Assembly: GCA_041191065.1 (NCBI GenBank)
Contig: JBEEPO010000003.1
Span: 51,946 to 115,945 of the forward strand
DNA from: Verrucomicrobiota bacterium
GTDB lineage: Bacteria; Verrucomicrobiota; Verrucomicrobiia; Opitutales; UBA953
DNA: 64,000 bases
Direction: 5' to 3'
Both the position numbers and the translations under genes were made by a program. The notes beneath the pieces are model-generated. The model searched no databases and was not told the DNA's origin. It saw only the letters and a list, made by a program, of their open reading frames with translations. Every line of letters starts with the position of its first letter. The first letter of the stretch is position 1. Of this stretch, positions 7,863-17,700 are shown piece after piece.

Positions 7863-7918
7863 GGTAGGGTTGAGCGCCCTCGCTCAACCGCGGCTGACCA
7901 AGGGTGGTCAGCCCTACC
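7863..7918. repeat. GGTAGGG...CCCTACC-bracketed double hairpin
   Basis: GGTAGGG-TTGAGCG-CCCT-CGCTCAA-CCGC-GGCTGACCA-AGGG-TGGTCAGCC-CTACC. Two perfect internal stem-loops (7 bp and 9 bp) sit inside a closing stem. Confidence 0.55.
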
Positions 7919-7919
7919 T

Positions 7920-8048
7920 CGATGCCTTCATCCGCACCTCGCCACCTGAACCCGAATATCTCACCAGATACCCGACGGCCGAGACCTGGGACCTGAAAGT
8001 ATTTTTAGTTCCCCAGCCAATATCCCGGTCTCCGGTTTCCCTTTGAGC
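7920..8048 (-). repeat. Interspersed repeat, right arm of the inverted pair flanking the OYE gene (R1a motif plus tail, reverse orientation)
   Basis: The reverse complement of 7977-8048 is GCTCAAAGGGAAACCGGAGACCGGGATATTGGCTGGGGAACTAAAAATACTTTCAGGTCCCAGGTCTCGGCC. Its ends match 6330-6394, and weaker homology extends to about 7920. Confidence 0.7.
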
Positions 8049-8057
8049 GGGCATCAT

Positions 8058-8193
8058 CCCGCCGCCTGCCACCTGGGGCTGCCCCCACCACCTGGAAAGG
8101 AATGACACCGGGGCAGCACGCGGTGCTACCCCTGCCTCGATACGCCCGCGACCCTGCCAATATTACCTAGCCCTAGCCCTGTCCCTAGCCCTG
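8058..8193. repeat. Composite interspersed element: CCACCTGG-type motif - GGGGCAGCAC hairpin - CCAATATTACC - (CCCTAG)n
   Basis: CCCGCCGCCTGCCACCTGGGGCTGCCCCCACCACCTGG (8058-8095); GGGGCAGCACGCGGTGCTACCCC (8110-8132); CCAATATTACCTAGCCCTAGCCCTGTCCCTAGCCCTG (8157-8193). It ends 4 nt before the nuoI stop. Confidence 0.65.
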
Positions 8194-8196
8194 ATC

Positions 8197-8742
<546 letters not shown>

Positions 8743-8752
8743 GGGTTTGGTT

Positions 8753-9862
8753 TTATCCGTTGATCGCGTACCAGACGAAATAGGCGAGGAGGTTGAGGAC
8801 GGCCAGGGGCAGGAGCACGCGCCAGCCGATGCGCATCACCTGGTCATACCGGAAGCGCGGGATGGTCCAGCGCACCCAGACGAAGAAGAACAGGAAGAAG
8901 CACAGCTTGAGGAAGAACGTGGCGACGCCGATGAGCGAGGCGACCCAGCCCGAGCCGAGGGTCGGCATCCAGGGCAGGACGTGCCAGCCGCCGAGGAACA
9001 TCAGGATGAAGAGCGCGGAGCCGATGACCATGTGGCTGTATTCCGCGACGAAGAAGATGCCGAACTTGAACGCGCCGTACTCGGTGTGGAAGCCGCCGAC
9101 GAGGTCGGTCTCGGATTCCGGCATGTCGAACGGATGGCGGTTGGTCTCGGCGAACACGCAGATGAGGAAGACCAGCGCGGCGACGGGGTGGCAGAGGATG
9201 TTCCAGGCGCCGTCCTGGGCGTCGACCATCGCGACGAGGCTGAGGCCGTGGTCCTGGCCCGGGACCGAGGTCGCGAGGAAGACGGTCAGCACCGAGAGGC
9301 CCATCGCCAGCTCGTAGGAGATCAGCTGCGCGGCCCCGCGGACGGCGCCGAGGAAGGGGAACTTCGAGTTGGCGGACCAGCCGGCGAGGGCGATGCCGTA
9401 GACGCCGAGCGAGCTCACCGCGAACATCAGGAGCACGCCGACGTCGGCGCCCTGCGTGAGCGAGACGGCGTAACGCTTCCCTTCGTGGACGAATTCGCCG
9501 AAGGGCAGCATCGCGAGCACGGCGAGCGCCGGCGCGAGCGCGACGATCGGGGCGAGGACGTAGTAGAACTTGCGGACGTGGCCGGGGAGGGCGTCCTCCT
9601 TGAAGAGGAACTTGCCGCCGTCGGCCGCAGGCTGGATGAAGCCGCCCTTCTGCAGGAAGTTCCCGAGGAACGGGATCCAGCCGATGAGCGGGTGCATGGT
9701 GCGGTTAGGACCGATGCGGCCTTGGATCCAGGCGGAGGCCTTGCGTTCGAGGAGCACGCTGTAACCGGCGATCGTCATCACGATCAGGATCAGCGTCAGG
9801 CCGCGCGTCGCGGTGAAATGCCAGGCCGGCGAGAGGAGGAGGTCGTGGAGGAGTTGTTCCAT
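8753..9862 (-). CDS. nuoH: NADH-quinone oxidoreductase subunit H (membrane subunit)
   Basis: 369-aa polytopic hydrophobic protein with the conserved PFDMPESETDLVGGFHTEYGAFKF motif of NuoH/ND1. Confidence 0.9.
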   Translation of the reverse strand: MEQLLHDLLLSPAWHFTATRGLTLILIVMTIAGYSVLLERKASAWIQGRIGPNRTMHPLIGWIPFLGNFLQKGGFIQPAADGGKFLFKEDALPGHVRKFYYVLAPIVALAPALAVLAMLPFGEFVHEGKRYAVSLTQGADVGVLLMFAVSSLGVYGIALAGWSANSKFPFLGAVRGAAQLISYELAMGLSVLTVFLATSVPGQDHGLSLVAMVDAQDGAWNILCHPVAALVFLICVFAETNRHPFDMPESETDLVGGFHTEYGAFKFGIFFVAEYSHMVIGSALFILMFLGGWHVLPWMPTLGSGWVASLIGVATFFLKLCFFLFFFVWVRWTIPRFRYDQVMRIGWRVLLPLAVLNLLAYFVWYAING

Positions 9863-9875
9863 GGTCGACGCGGGC

Positions 9876-11534
9876 TCAGGCGATGGCGATCGGGGCGAAC
9901 TTCAGCAGCTTGCCTTCGGGGAACCTGTGGGCGGCGAACGCGGCGCCGTCGAGCTGCACGCCCTCGGCGGGGAGCCGGCGGCCGTCGAGGCCGGCGAGCA
10001 TCGGGACGTCGGCGGAGAGCTCGGCCCAGACCGTGGCGGCGTCGGCGCGGGCGAGGCGGGCGAGGGTCTGGACGTCGGGCAGCGTGCCGGCCGGGCCGGG
10101 GACGGCCTGGGCGAACGACTGCAGGCGGAACTGGCAGTTGATGAAGGTGCCGCTGCGCTCGAAGACCGTCAGCGCAGGCAGCACGACTTCGGCGGCCGCG
10201 GTGGTGACGTTGTGATGCGTGGCGAGCACGACGCTGCGGACCTTGGCGAGCGTCGAGGCGGGCAGGCCGAGCAGCGCGGCGTCTTCGCGCACGATGAGCA
10301 CGGACTTCACCTTGCCGGCGTCGATGTCGGCCGCGAGGGCCTTGAGGTCGGCGACGGGGGCGCGGTCGGTCAGGCCGGTGACGAGGGCGCCGCGGAAATT
10401 CGGGGTGCGGTCTTCCGAGACCAGGAGGCCGTCGCCCTTGCCCACGTGGGCCGGGACGTGGACCGTGGCGTTCTTCGCCTTGGCGAGACGCGCGAGGAGG
10501 CGCTGCTCTTCGACGGACATGTGCGAAGAACCGACGATCGCGAGCGAGCCGGCGGCGAGGACTTCGTCAGCGGCCGCGAGGGCGGCCTCGAGCGTGACCT
10601 TGGCGGTCTTCACCGTCGCGTAGTTCACGCGGTTCGGGGCGTCGACGGACTTGAAGAGCTCGCGGCCGGAGTCGGCCATCCAGGTGTCGTTCACCGCGTC
10701 GTTGCGGCGCGGAGTGACGCGGTAGATCTTGCCTTCGCGGGACCAGACGGTCGTGTTCGCGCCGGCGGAGGATTCGGTGTCGATGCTCGGGGTCTGCTTC
10801 AGGAACCAGACGCGCATCTTGAAGCGGAAGTCCGTGCTCGTGAGCGCGCCGACGGGACAGATGTCGACGGTGTTGAGCGAGTAGTTGTTATCCAGTTCGC
10901 GGCCCGGGAAGCAGGTCAGCGTGTTGTAGGAGCCGCGGTTCACGAAGCCTAGGACGGGATCCTTGGCGATCTCGCTGGAGAAGCGCACGCAGCGCGAGCA
11001 GAGGATGCAGCGTTCGTCGTCGAGCGTGACGCGGGGCCCGAGGCGGGTCTTCTTCGGCTTGGCGTTCTTCTCGTCGACGTAGCGCGAATAGCCGCGGCCG
11101 TATTCGGCGGAGAATTCCTGGAGCTTGCACTCGCCGGCCTGGTCGCAGATCGGGCAGTCGAGCGGGTGGTTGAGGAGGAGCATCTCCGTCACGCCTTCGC
11201 GGCAGGCCTTGACGCCGGGCGATTCGAGGCGGACATGCAGGCCCGGGGTGACGTTGGTGGCGCAGGCGATGGCCGGCTTGGGCTGCCAGCCGATCTTCGG
11301 CTGGCCGTTCTCCATGATCACCTCGTTCGTCGCCCGGTCGCGCATCGGCGAACCGAGTTCGACCAAGCACATGCGGCAGTTGCCGGCGACCGGGAGCTTG
11401 GGGTGGTAGCAATAGTGGGGGACTTCCTTGCCGATCTTGCCGAGGGCGTCGACCAGGTTGGCCCCGGCCGGGACTTGATGTTCGACGCCATCGACATTGA
11501 TGGTGACCAGAGAAGGTTTGTTGTCCGTGACCAT
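9876..11534 (-). CDS. nuoG: NADH-quinone oxidoreductase subunit G (short, 552-aa form)
   Basis: N-terminal 2Fe-2S region (HYCYHPKLPVAGNCRMCLVE), then HPLDCPICDQAGECKLQ, CILCSRCVRF and DICPVGALT. ATG start at 11534. Confidence 0.85.
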   Translation of the reverse strand: MVTDNKPSLVTINVDGVEHQVPAGANLVDALGKIGKEVPHYCYHPKLPVAGNCRMCLVELGSPMRDRATNEVIMENGQPKIGWQPKPAIACATNVTPGLHVRLESPGVKACREGVTEMLLLNHPLDCPICDQAGECKLQEFSAEYGRGYSRYVDEKNAKPKKTRLGPRVTLDDERCILCSRCVRFSSEIAKDPVLGFVNRGSYNTLTCFPGRELDNNYSLNTVDICPVGALTSTDFRFKMRVWFLKQTPSIDTESSAGANTTVWSREGKIYRVTPRRNDAVNDTWMADSGRELFKSVDAPNRVNYATVKTAKVTLEAALAAADEVLAAGSLAIVGSSHMSVEEQRLLARLAKAKNATVHVPAHVGKGDGLLVSEDRTPNFRGALVTGLTDRAPVADLKALAADIDAGKVKSVLIVREDAALLGLPASTLAKVRSVVLATHHNVTTAAAEVVLPALTVFERSGTFINCQFRLQSFAQAVPGPAGTLPDVQTLARLARADAATVWAELSADVPMLAGLDGRRLPAEGVQLDGAAFAAHRFPEGKLLKFAPIAIA

Positions 11535-11552
11535 GGGTCGGGAAAGTTAAGG

Positions 11553-11573
11553 GCAAGTTAGGGTACCCCCCAC
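11553..11573 (-). promoter_or_regulatory. Conserved leader block shared by the nuoG and nuoB upstream regions
   Basis: Plus-strand GCAAGTTAGGGTACCCCCCA (11553-11572) matches GCAAGTTAGGGTGACCCCCA (55397-55416). In the sense orientation this reads GGGGGT(C)ACCCTAACTTGC, lying 18 nt (nuoG) and 11 nt (nuoB) upstream of the ATG. Both leaders end in CGACC(C)ATG. Confidence 0.4.
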
Positions 11574-11610
11574 CTCCCGCAAGGGGAAAGGCGGGAAAAA
11601 GGGCTTCTAT

Positions 11611-11636
11611 TAGGGGTAGGGGTGGGGGTGGGGGTG
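11611..11636. repeat. G-run motif TAGGGGTAGGGGTGGGGGTGGGG (copy 1 of 2)
   Basis: The 23-mer at 11611-11633 is identical to 50819-50841 and in the same orientation. Each copy lies 60-77 nt upstream of a minus-strand gene start (nuoG and ppnP). It is a canonical (G4 N1-2)x4 G-quadruplex-type motif on the plus strand. Confidence 0.7.
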
Positions 11637-11685
11637 TCGAGGACTGGAGGACTCGCGGGCCCGAGGGCCGGAGGTATCCCTTTTT

Positions 11686-11744
11686 GGTAGGGACAACTCT
11701 CCGAGCCGTGCGTTCGGCGGCGGGTTCGGAGAACCCGCCCTACC
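11686..11744. repeat. GGTAGGG...CCCTACC-bracketed double hairpin downstream of the giant gene
   Basis: GGTAGGG-ACAACTCT-CCGA.GCCGTGCG.TTCGG-C-GGCGGGTTC-GGA-GAACCCGCC-CTACC. The bracket is the same as at 7863-7918, but the internal stems have a different sequence. No U-tract follows on the minus strand. Confidence 0.5.
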
Positions 11745-11798
11745 TCTGTCCCAGGTACGGATGCGATGACATCGCTTCCCGTACCCTTATCCCTCGGC

Positions 11799-14700
11799 TC
11801 AGAAGCGGCGGCGGTAGCCGACTTCGAAGCCCTCGGTCTTCGTCTCGCCGGCTTTTTCGAGCGACAGCGTGAGGTAATACGAACTGTTCCGGTCGGGCTG
11901 GTAGATGAAGGACGGCGCGACGCGGAAGCCCGCGCCTGGGCCGACCCTTCCTTCGGTGAGGAAACGGTCGCCGGAGCCGAAAGCGGCGTCGAATTCGGCG
12001 GTCTGGCTGCCGAGTTCGGTGAAGGCTTCGAGTTCGATCGAGAACCTGAACGAGGAAGCGATGCCGGCCGTGCTCCAGCCGAGGTTGGTTCCGAGGGTGG
12101 CGCGCGTCGAGTCGTAGGAGTAGCCCCGGACTTCGAGGGCGCTGAGGTCGCCCGTCTCGGTGAAGGCGTCTCCGTCGACGTGGACGAAATCAAGCCCGGC
12201 GTAAGGGGAAAGGGTGAAGCCCTGTTTGAGCCCATAGTCGGCGCCGATGCGGGCGAAGCCACCCAAGGACTGGGCCGTGGGTTGGGCGCGTTGCGTGCCG
12301 AGGAAAGTGGTCCGGGCGGTCTCGCTGTCCGTGCGGGCCAAGGTGGCGCCGATATTGAGGTAAGGCGTCCCCGTTTTCTCGCCGAGGAGCGAGGTGGCGA
12401 AGAGCGTCGCATGCATCGTGTTGCCTTCGATGGTGCCGCCGCCGCCCAGGGTGCCGTTCGTCGTATCGTGTCCCAGGGCGAAGCCATAGGAGGCATGGCG
12501 GGAGGTCCGTTTCATCAGGCCGCCCATGACCCCGTCCGCGCGGCTGCTGAAGTCGGCCGCCTCGGCCCCGGTCCCGCCGACGAAGCGGGACGTGTTCACC
12601 AAGACGAATCCTTCGCTATAAGGATGGAAACAATCGCAGCACGCGCAGGAGCCATCCTTGGGCGAGTGGTGTCCGGCGAGTTCGCGGTGGAGGGAGTTGG
12701 CGGCGGAGCGTTGGGCGAGGGCGAGGGTGCCCGGCACGGCCGCGAACGAGGCGGGCTCAAGGCTGTTCATGGCCGACGACAGCATCGGATCGCTCATCGT
12801 CATGAGCTGCGCGACGAGCGGGTCGAGGGCGCCGGGGACGTAGACCGTGCCGCCCAGCTCGAGGGGCTGTCCGGACAGGGTGAGGGCCTTCTCCTGGACG
12901 TAGCCGGTCAGACCCTGGCCGACGCCCGGCTGGACGTAGCCGGCGGCCCCACGCACGAGGTAGACCGCGTACTCGTTCGGGCGATGGACGAGGCCGTCGG
13001 CGTTGCGGACCTGGCCGTCATAAGCCGACGGGGTGGCGCCGGCGTCGATCGCGGCCGGGGCGACGACGAGGTAGCGGGCTTCGGGGTCGAGGTTGACCAC
13101 GGACCATGGGGTCGGGTTGATGAAGTAGGACGAGACCAAGGCCGGGTCCGTGACGGGCGTGCCGACTCCCTTGAAGAGGACGAAGCGGCGGCCATAGTCG
13201 GGCAGCTCGCCCGTCGGTTCGTAGCGGGCGATGGCGATTTCGCCCACGCCCGTCGGGTTGAGGTTGGCCTTGCCCGTGAATTCGACCGTGTCGTTGTAGT
13301 GTCCTCCGACCTGAGGCAGTTTCGAGATCTCGAACGTGCCGCGTCCCGTGAGGTTGATGTCCGCGAGCGTGAGGAAGCCCGGCGCATTGCCGGGGGCGAG
13401 GACGCCGTAGCTGAGCAGCTGCGGCACGGCCGTGAGCCACAGCACGTTGGACTCGAAGGACATCGCCCAGAGGTCGGTTTCGCTCGCGGCTCCGTCGGAG
13501 TCCGTGAATCCCGACAGGTCGTAGGTGAACAGGTCGGCGAACGGGGTGGCGTTCGTGACGAGGCTCCCGACTTCGGCGAACTTGAACCGGTTCACCTTCA
13601 TCGTGTCGAAGTTATTGGCGTCGCCCGGCGTCAGGTCGGTCGGGTTGGCCAGGGAGATGACGCGCACCGTGATCGGGTTGGCCGCCGAAGCGCCGCTGAT
13701 GTCAAGGACGCCGGTGATGGCCAGCGTGTCGTAGGCCGAGCCGGCGACCAGGGCGGAATCCGTCTTGCTGATGCCTGCGGCGAGCGCGTCGGTGACCTGC
13801 CATTCGATGATCGAGCCGCCCGTGAGCGTCAGGCTGGCGTGGGTGAGCGTGCCGGGGGAATTGCCCGGTGCGAGGATCGCGCCGGAGGCGATGGTCGTGG
13901 CCCCGACGACGCCCGCGCCCCGGAGGGAGCCGCCGAGCAGGTTGACGACATTGCCTTGGTCGTGGTTCGCGACGAGCGTGCCGGCGTTGACGGTGACCGT
14001 GCTGGTGCCGAGGGCGCCGTCGTGGGTCAGGTTCAGCGTGCCCGCGTCGACCACCGTGTCGCCGGCGAAGGTGGAGGCGCCGGCGAGCGTGAGGACGCCC
14101 GTGCCGGCCTTGACCAGCGAGCCCGTTCCGGCGATCGAACCCGCCATGGCGCGGTCGGCGGCGTCGCCCGTGGTGAGCGAGCCGCCGGCAAGCAGGACCG
14201 AACCGGCGTTCGTCAGCGCGGCGACGGTCTCGGCTCCGTTCACCTTGAGGGTGGCCCCCGTGGCGACGGTGACGCTGGCGGCCGTCCCCAGGGTCGCGGA
14301 CGCGCCCGTGGCGAGGGTGCCGGCGCTCACGACGATGTCGCCGGTGACGGCGCCGGCGCCGGAGAGGGTGAGCGTGGCGGAGCCTTCCTTGGTGAGGCCG
14401 GAGACGACGACCGCGCCGGCGAGGGTGACGTCGGCCGCCGTGGTGAGGGTGCGGTCCGTGCCGAGGGTGACCGTGCCCGAGAGGGTGAGGGCGCCGGCGT
14501 TGGTCACGTCGCCGAGGGTCACGTCGCCCGCGACGTTGAAGTCGTTGCCGAGGGCGACTCCGTCCGCGCCGGCGGCGGCGAAGGCGCCGGCGTTGAGCGT
14601 CACGGCGGCGGTGCCGAGGGCGCTGGCGTGGCCGACCTGGAGCACGCCGGCGTTGACGGTGGTGCCTCCGGTGAAGGTGTTGGCTCCGTCGACGACGAGC

Positions 14701-17700
14701 GTGCCGGCGCCGTCCTTGATGAGCACGCCGGCGCCGGAGACAAGTCCCCCGAGCGTCGAGGTGCCCGTCGCGATGGCCGCGGTGAGCGTGGCGTCGATCT
14801 GCAGGGTCCCGCTGCTGTCGATCGAGCTGAGCGTCTCGTCGCCGCCGAGCCGGACCGTGGCGCCGCTCGCGATGCTGACGCCGGCCGTGGAAGCGAGGAC
14901 GTTATCGCCCACGGTCGCAAGCGTGCCCGCCCCGACGGTCGTCGTGCCCGTGAAGGTGTTGTTCGCGCCCGAAAGCGTGAGGGTGCCGGCGCCGGATTTC
15001 GTCAGGCCGCCCGTCCCGGTGATGTCGCCGGCGAAGGTCGCGTCGGCGACGGTGGTCACCGTGCGGCTGGCCGCCCCGAGGTCGACCGCGCCGGTGAAGT
15101 TCAGCTCGCCGCCGAAGGTCGCGTCGCCGAGGGTGACGTCGCCGCCGAGGATGACGTCGCTCGCGACATTGCGAGAGCCGGCGCCGTCGCTCGTGAAGGT
15201 GGCTGCTCCTGCGACCACGAGCCCGCCCGTGGCGACGGCCGCGTCGTCGCCGAGGCGGACGGTGCCGCCGGAGACGGTATTGGTGCCGCCCGCGGCCGTA
15301 TTGGCCCCCGTGACCGTGACGACGCCGCCCGTGACGGAGGTGGTGTCGAGCGAGAAGGTCGTGACGATGCCGCCGGAGATGGTCGACTTGAGGTTGCCGG
15401 CGACGTTGACGACGCCGCCGCTGATGCCGCCGACGATGAAGGCGTCGGCCGCGAAGTGGGTCGTGCCCGCGCCGCTGAGGGAGCCCAGGGTGATGAGGCC
15501 GGAGGTGGCGCCGAAGTTGAGCGTGCCGTCGTTGGCCACCGTGCCGAGCGAGAGGCCGGCCCCGGAGAAGTCGCCGGCGCCCGTCGCGGCGACCGTCAGC
15601 GTGGCGCTTCCGTTGAGATCGACGGCCACGAGCGTGGCGGCCGCTCCGACCGAGACGGCGGACGTGCCGCCCAGGGCCCCCGCGGCGGCGGTGAGCGTGC
15701 CGCCGGAGACCGTGGTCGTGCCGCTGAAGGTATTCGCGCCGAGGAGGGTGAGGCTGCCCGCGCCGGTCTTGTCCAGGCCGCCCGTTCCGCTGATGATGCC
15801 GGCGGTGCTGCCTTCGGAGACCGAGAGCGTCGTGCCGGCGAGGGCGATGTCTCCCCCGGTGAGACGGCTGACGGCGGCGGTGGCGCCGTTGAAGGCGAGG
15901 GTGCCCCCGGAGATCGTCCCTGCCGTGACATTCCCGTCGACGGTGACCGTACCGGCGGAGATGTCGGACGTGAGGTCGCCGGTCACGTCGACCGTGCCTC
16001 CGCTGATGCCGCCGGTGAGGCTCGCATGGGAGGCGAAGGTCGTGGTGCCCGCGCCTCCGAGCGTAGCGAGGGTGATGGTGCCCGTCGTGCCGGTGAAGGC
16101 GACCGTGCCTGCATTGGTGACGGCGGCGAGCGAAAGGTCGGTGCCGGAAATCGTGGCGTTGGCCCCGGCGGCGACGCCGAGGGTGGCCGAGGAGTGGTAA
16201 TCGACGGCCGAGAGAGCCGCGTTGCCGTCGACCAGGATCGCGGACGTCGAGCCCAGCGAGCCGCCGGCCGCCGTGAGGGTGCCGGCGCCGACGGTGATGG
16301 AGCCCGTGAAGGTGTTGGCTCCGGAGAGCGACAGCGTGGCGGCGCCGGCCTTGGTGAGGTCGGCCGATCCGGAGACAACGCCCGCAAGCGTCGTATCCGC
16401 GTTGGTGGTCACCGTGCGGGCGACGGAGCCGAGTTCGGACGCGCCGCCGAAGGTCAGCGCGCCGTTGTTGGCCGTGGTCTCGCCGAAGGTCGCGTCGGCC
16501 GCGAGGGAGATGCCGTTCGTGAAGGTGCGCGCCGAGGAGCCGACGGCGGCGAGCGTGCCGCCGGCGAAGGTCACCGTGCCCGTGCCGAGCGCGCCGTCGG
16601 CCCCGGCGAGCAGCAGGCCGTCGTCCAAAGTGGCGCCCCCGCCGAACGTGTTGGCGCCGGAGAGCGTGAGCGTGCCGGCGCCGGCCTTGATGAGGGAACC
16701 GTTCGCGCCGGAGAGCGTGCCGGCGAAGGTCCCGCCGGCGACCGTGAGCGCCGTGGCGCCGAGGGCGACGTCGCCGCCGTCGAGCGTGCCGATCGACGCC
16801 GTCGCACCGCCGAGGCTGACCGTGCCGGCGCTGAGGGTGCCGATGGTGGCGATGCCGCTGACGGCGGTGGCGCCCCCGCTGATGGTCGTCGCGGCCAGGC
16901 TGCCGGCGGAGATCGTGCCTCCGGAGATGTCGGAGGTCAGCAGGCCCGCTGCCGAGACGACGCCCTGGGAGAGGCCGTGCGCGGAGATGGTCGCGTCGCT
17001 GGAGAAGGCGGCCGAGCCCCCGCCTCCCAGGGAGGCGAGCGTGATGACGCCGGTCGCGCCCGTGAAGCTGAGCGATCCGGCGTTTTGGACGTCGCCGAGC
17101 GACAGGCCGGCGCCGGAAATCGTGACGGTGGCGGCCCCGGCGATGCCAAGGGTCGCCGCAGGATTATAATCGACCGCGTCCAGGAGGCCGGCGCCGTTGA
17201 CGGCGATGGACGAGGTCCCGCCGAGCGAGCCGGCGGAAGCCACGAGCGAACCGGCATCGACCGTGGTGACCCCGGAGAACGTGTTGGCGGCCGTGAGCGT
17301 CAACGTGCCCGCGCCCGCCTTGGTGAGGCCTGCCGTTCCCGACACGACGCCGTCGAAGGCGACGGCGGAAGCGACGGTGAGCGTGCGGGTCGTCGCGCCC
17401 AGGTCGATCAGGCCGGCGAAGGCGAGGGCCCCGTTGTTCGTGGCGTCGCCGAGCGTGGCGTCGCCTCCGAGCGTGACGGCGTTCGCGAAGGCGCGGGCGT
17501 CGGCGCCGGCCGAAGAGAGGACGCCGCCGTTCAGCGCGAGCAAGCCGCTGCCGAAGGCGCCGTCATCGCCGGCGAGCACCGCTCCGGCGCCGAGGGTGAA
17601 ACCGCCGCCGAAGGTGTTGGCTCCGGAGAGCGTGAGCGTGCCCGCGGTGGTCTTCGTGGCGCCGCCGCCGGCGAGGACGGCGGAAACCGTGCCGGCCTCG

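Noticed and set aside
7863-7918. The bracketed double hairpins read as tRNA or tRNA-like genes
   Set aside because: There are only two internal arms and no 7-nt anticodon loop. There is no T-loop GTTCRANYC consensus: the GGGTTC-GGA-GAACCC arm at 11722-11739 has a 3-nt loop. The lengths (56-63 nt) are also too short.
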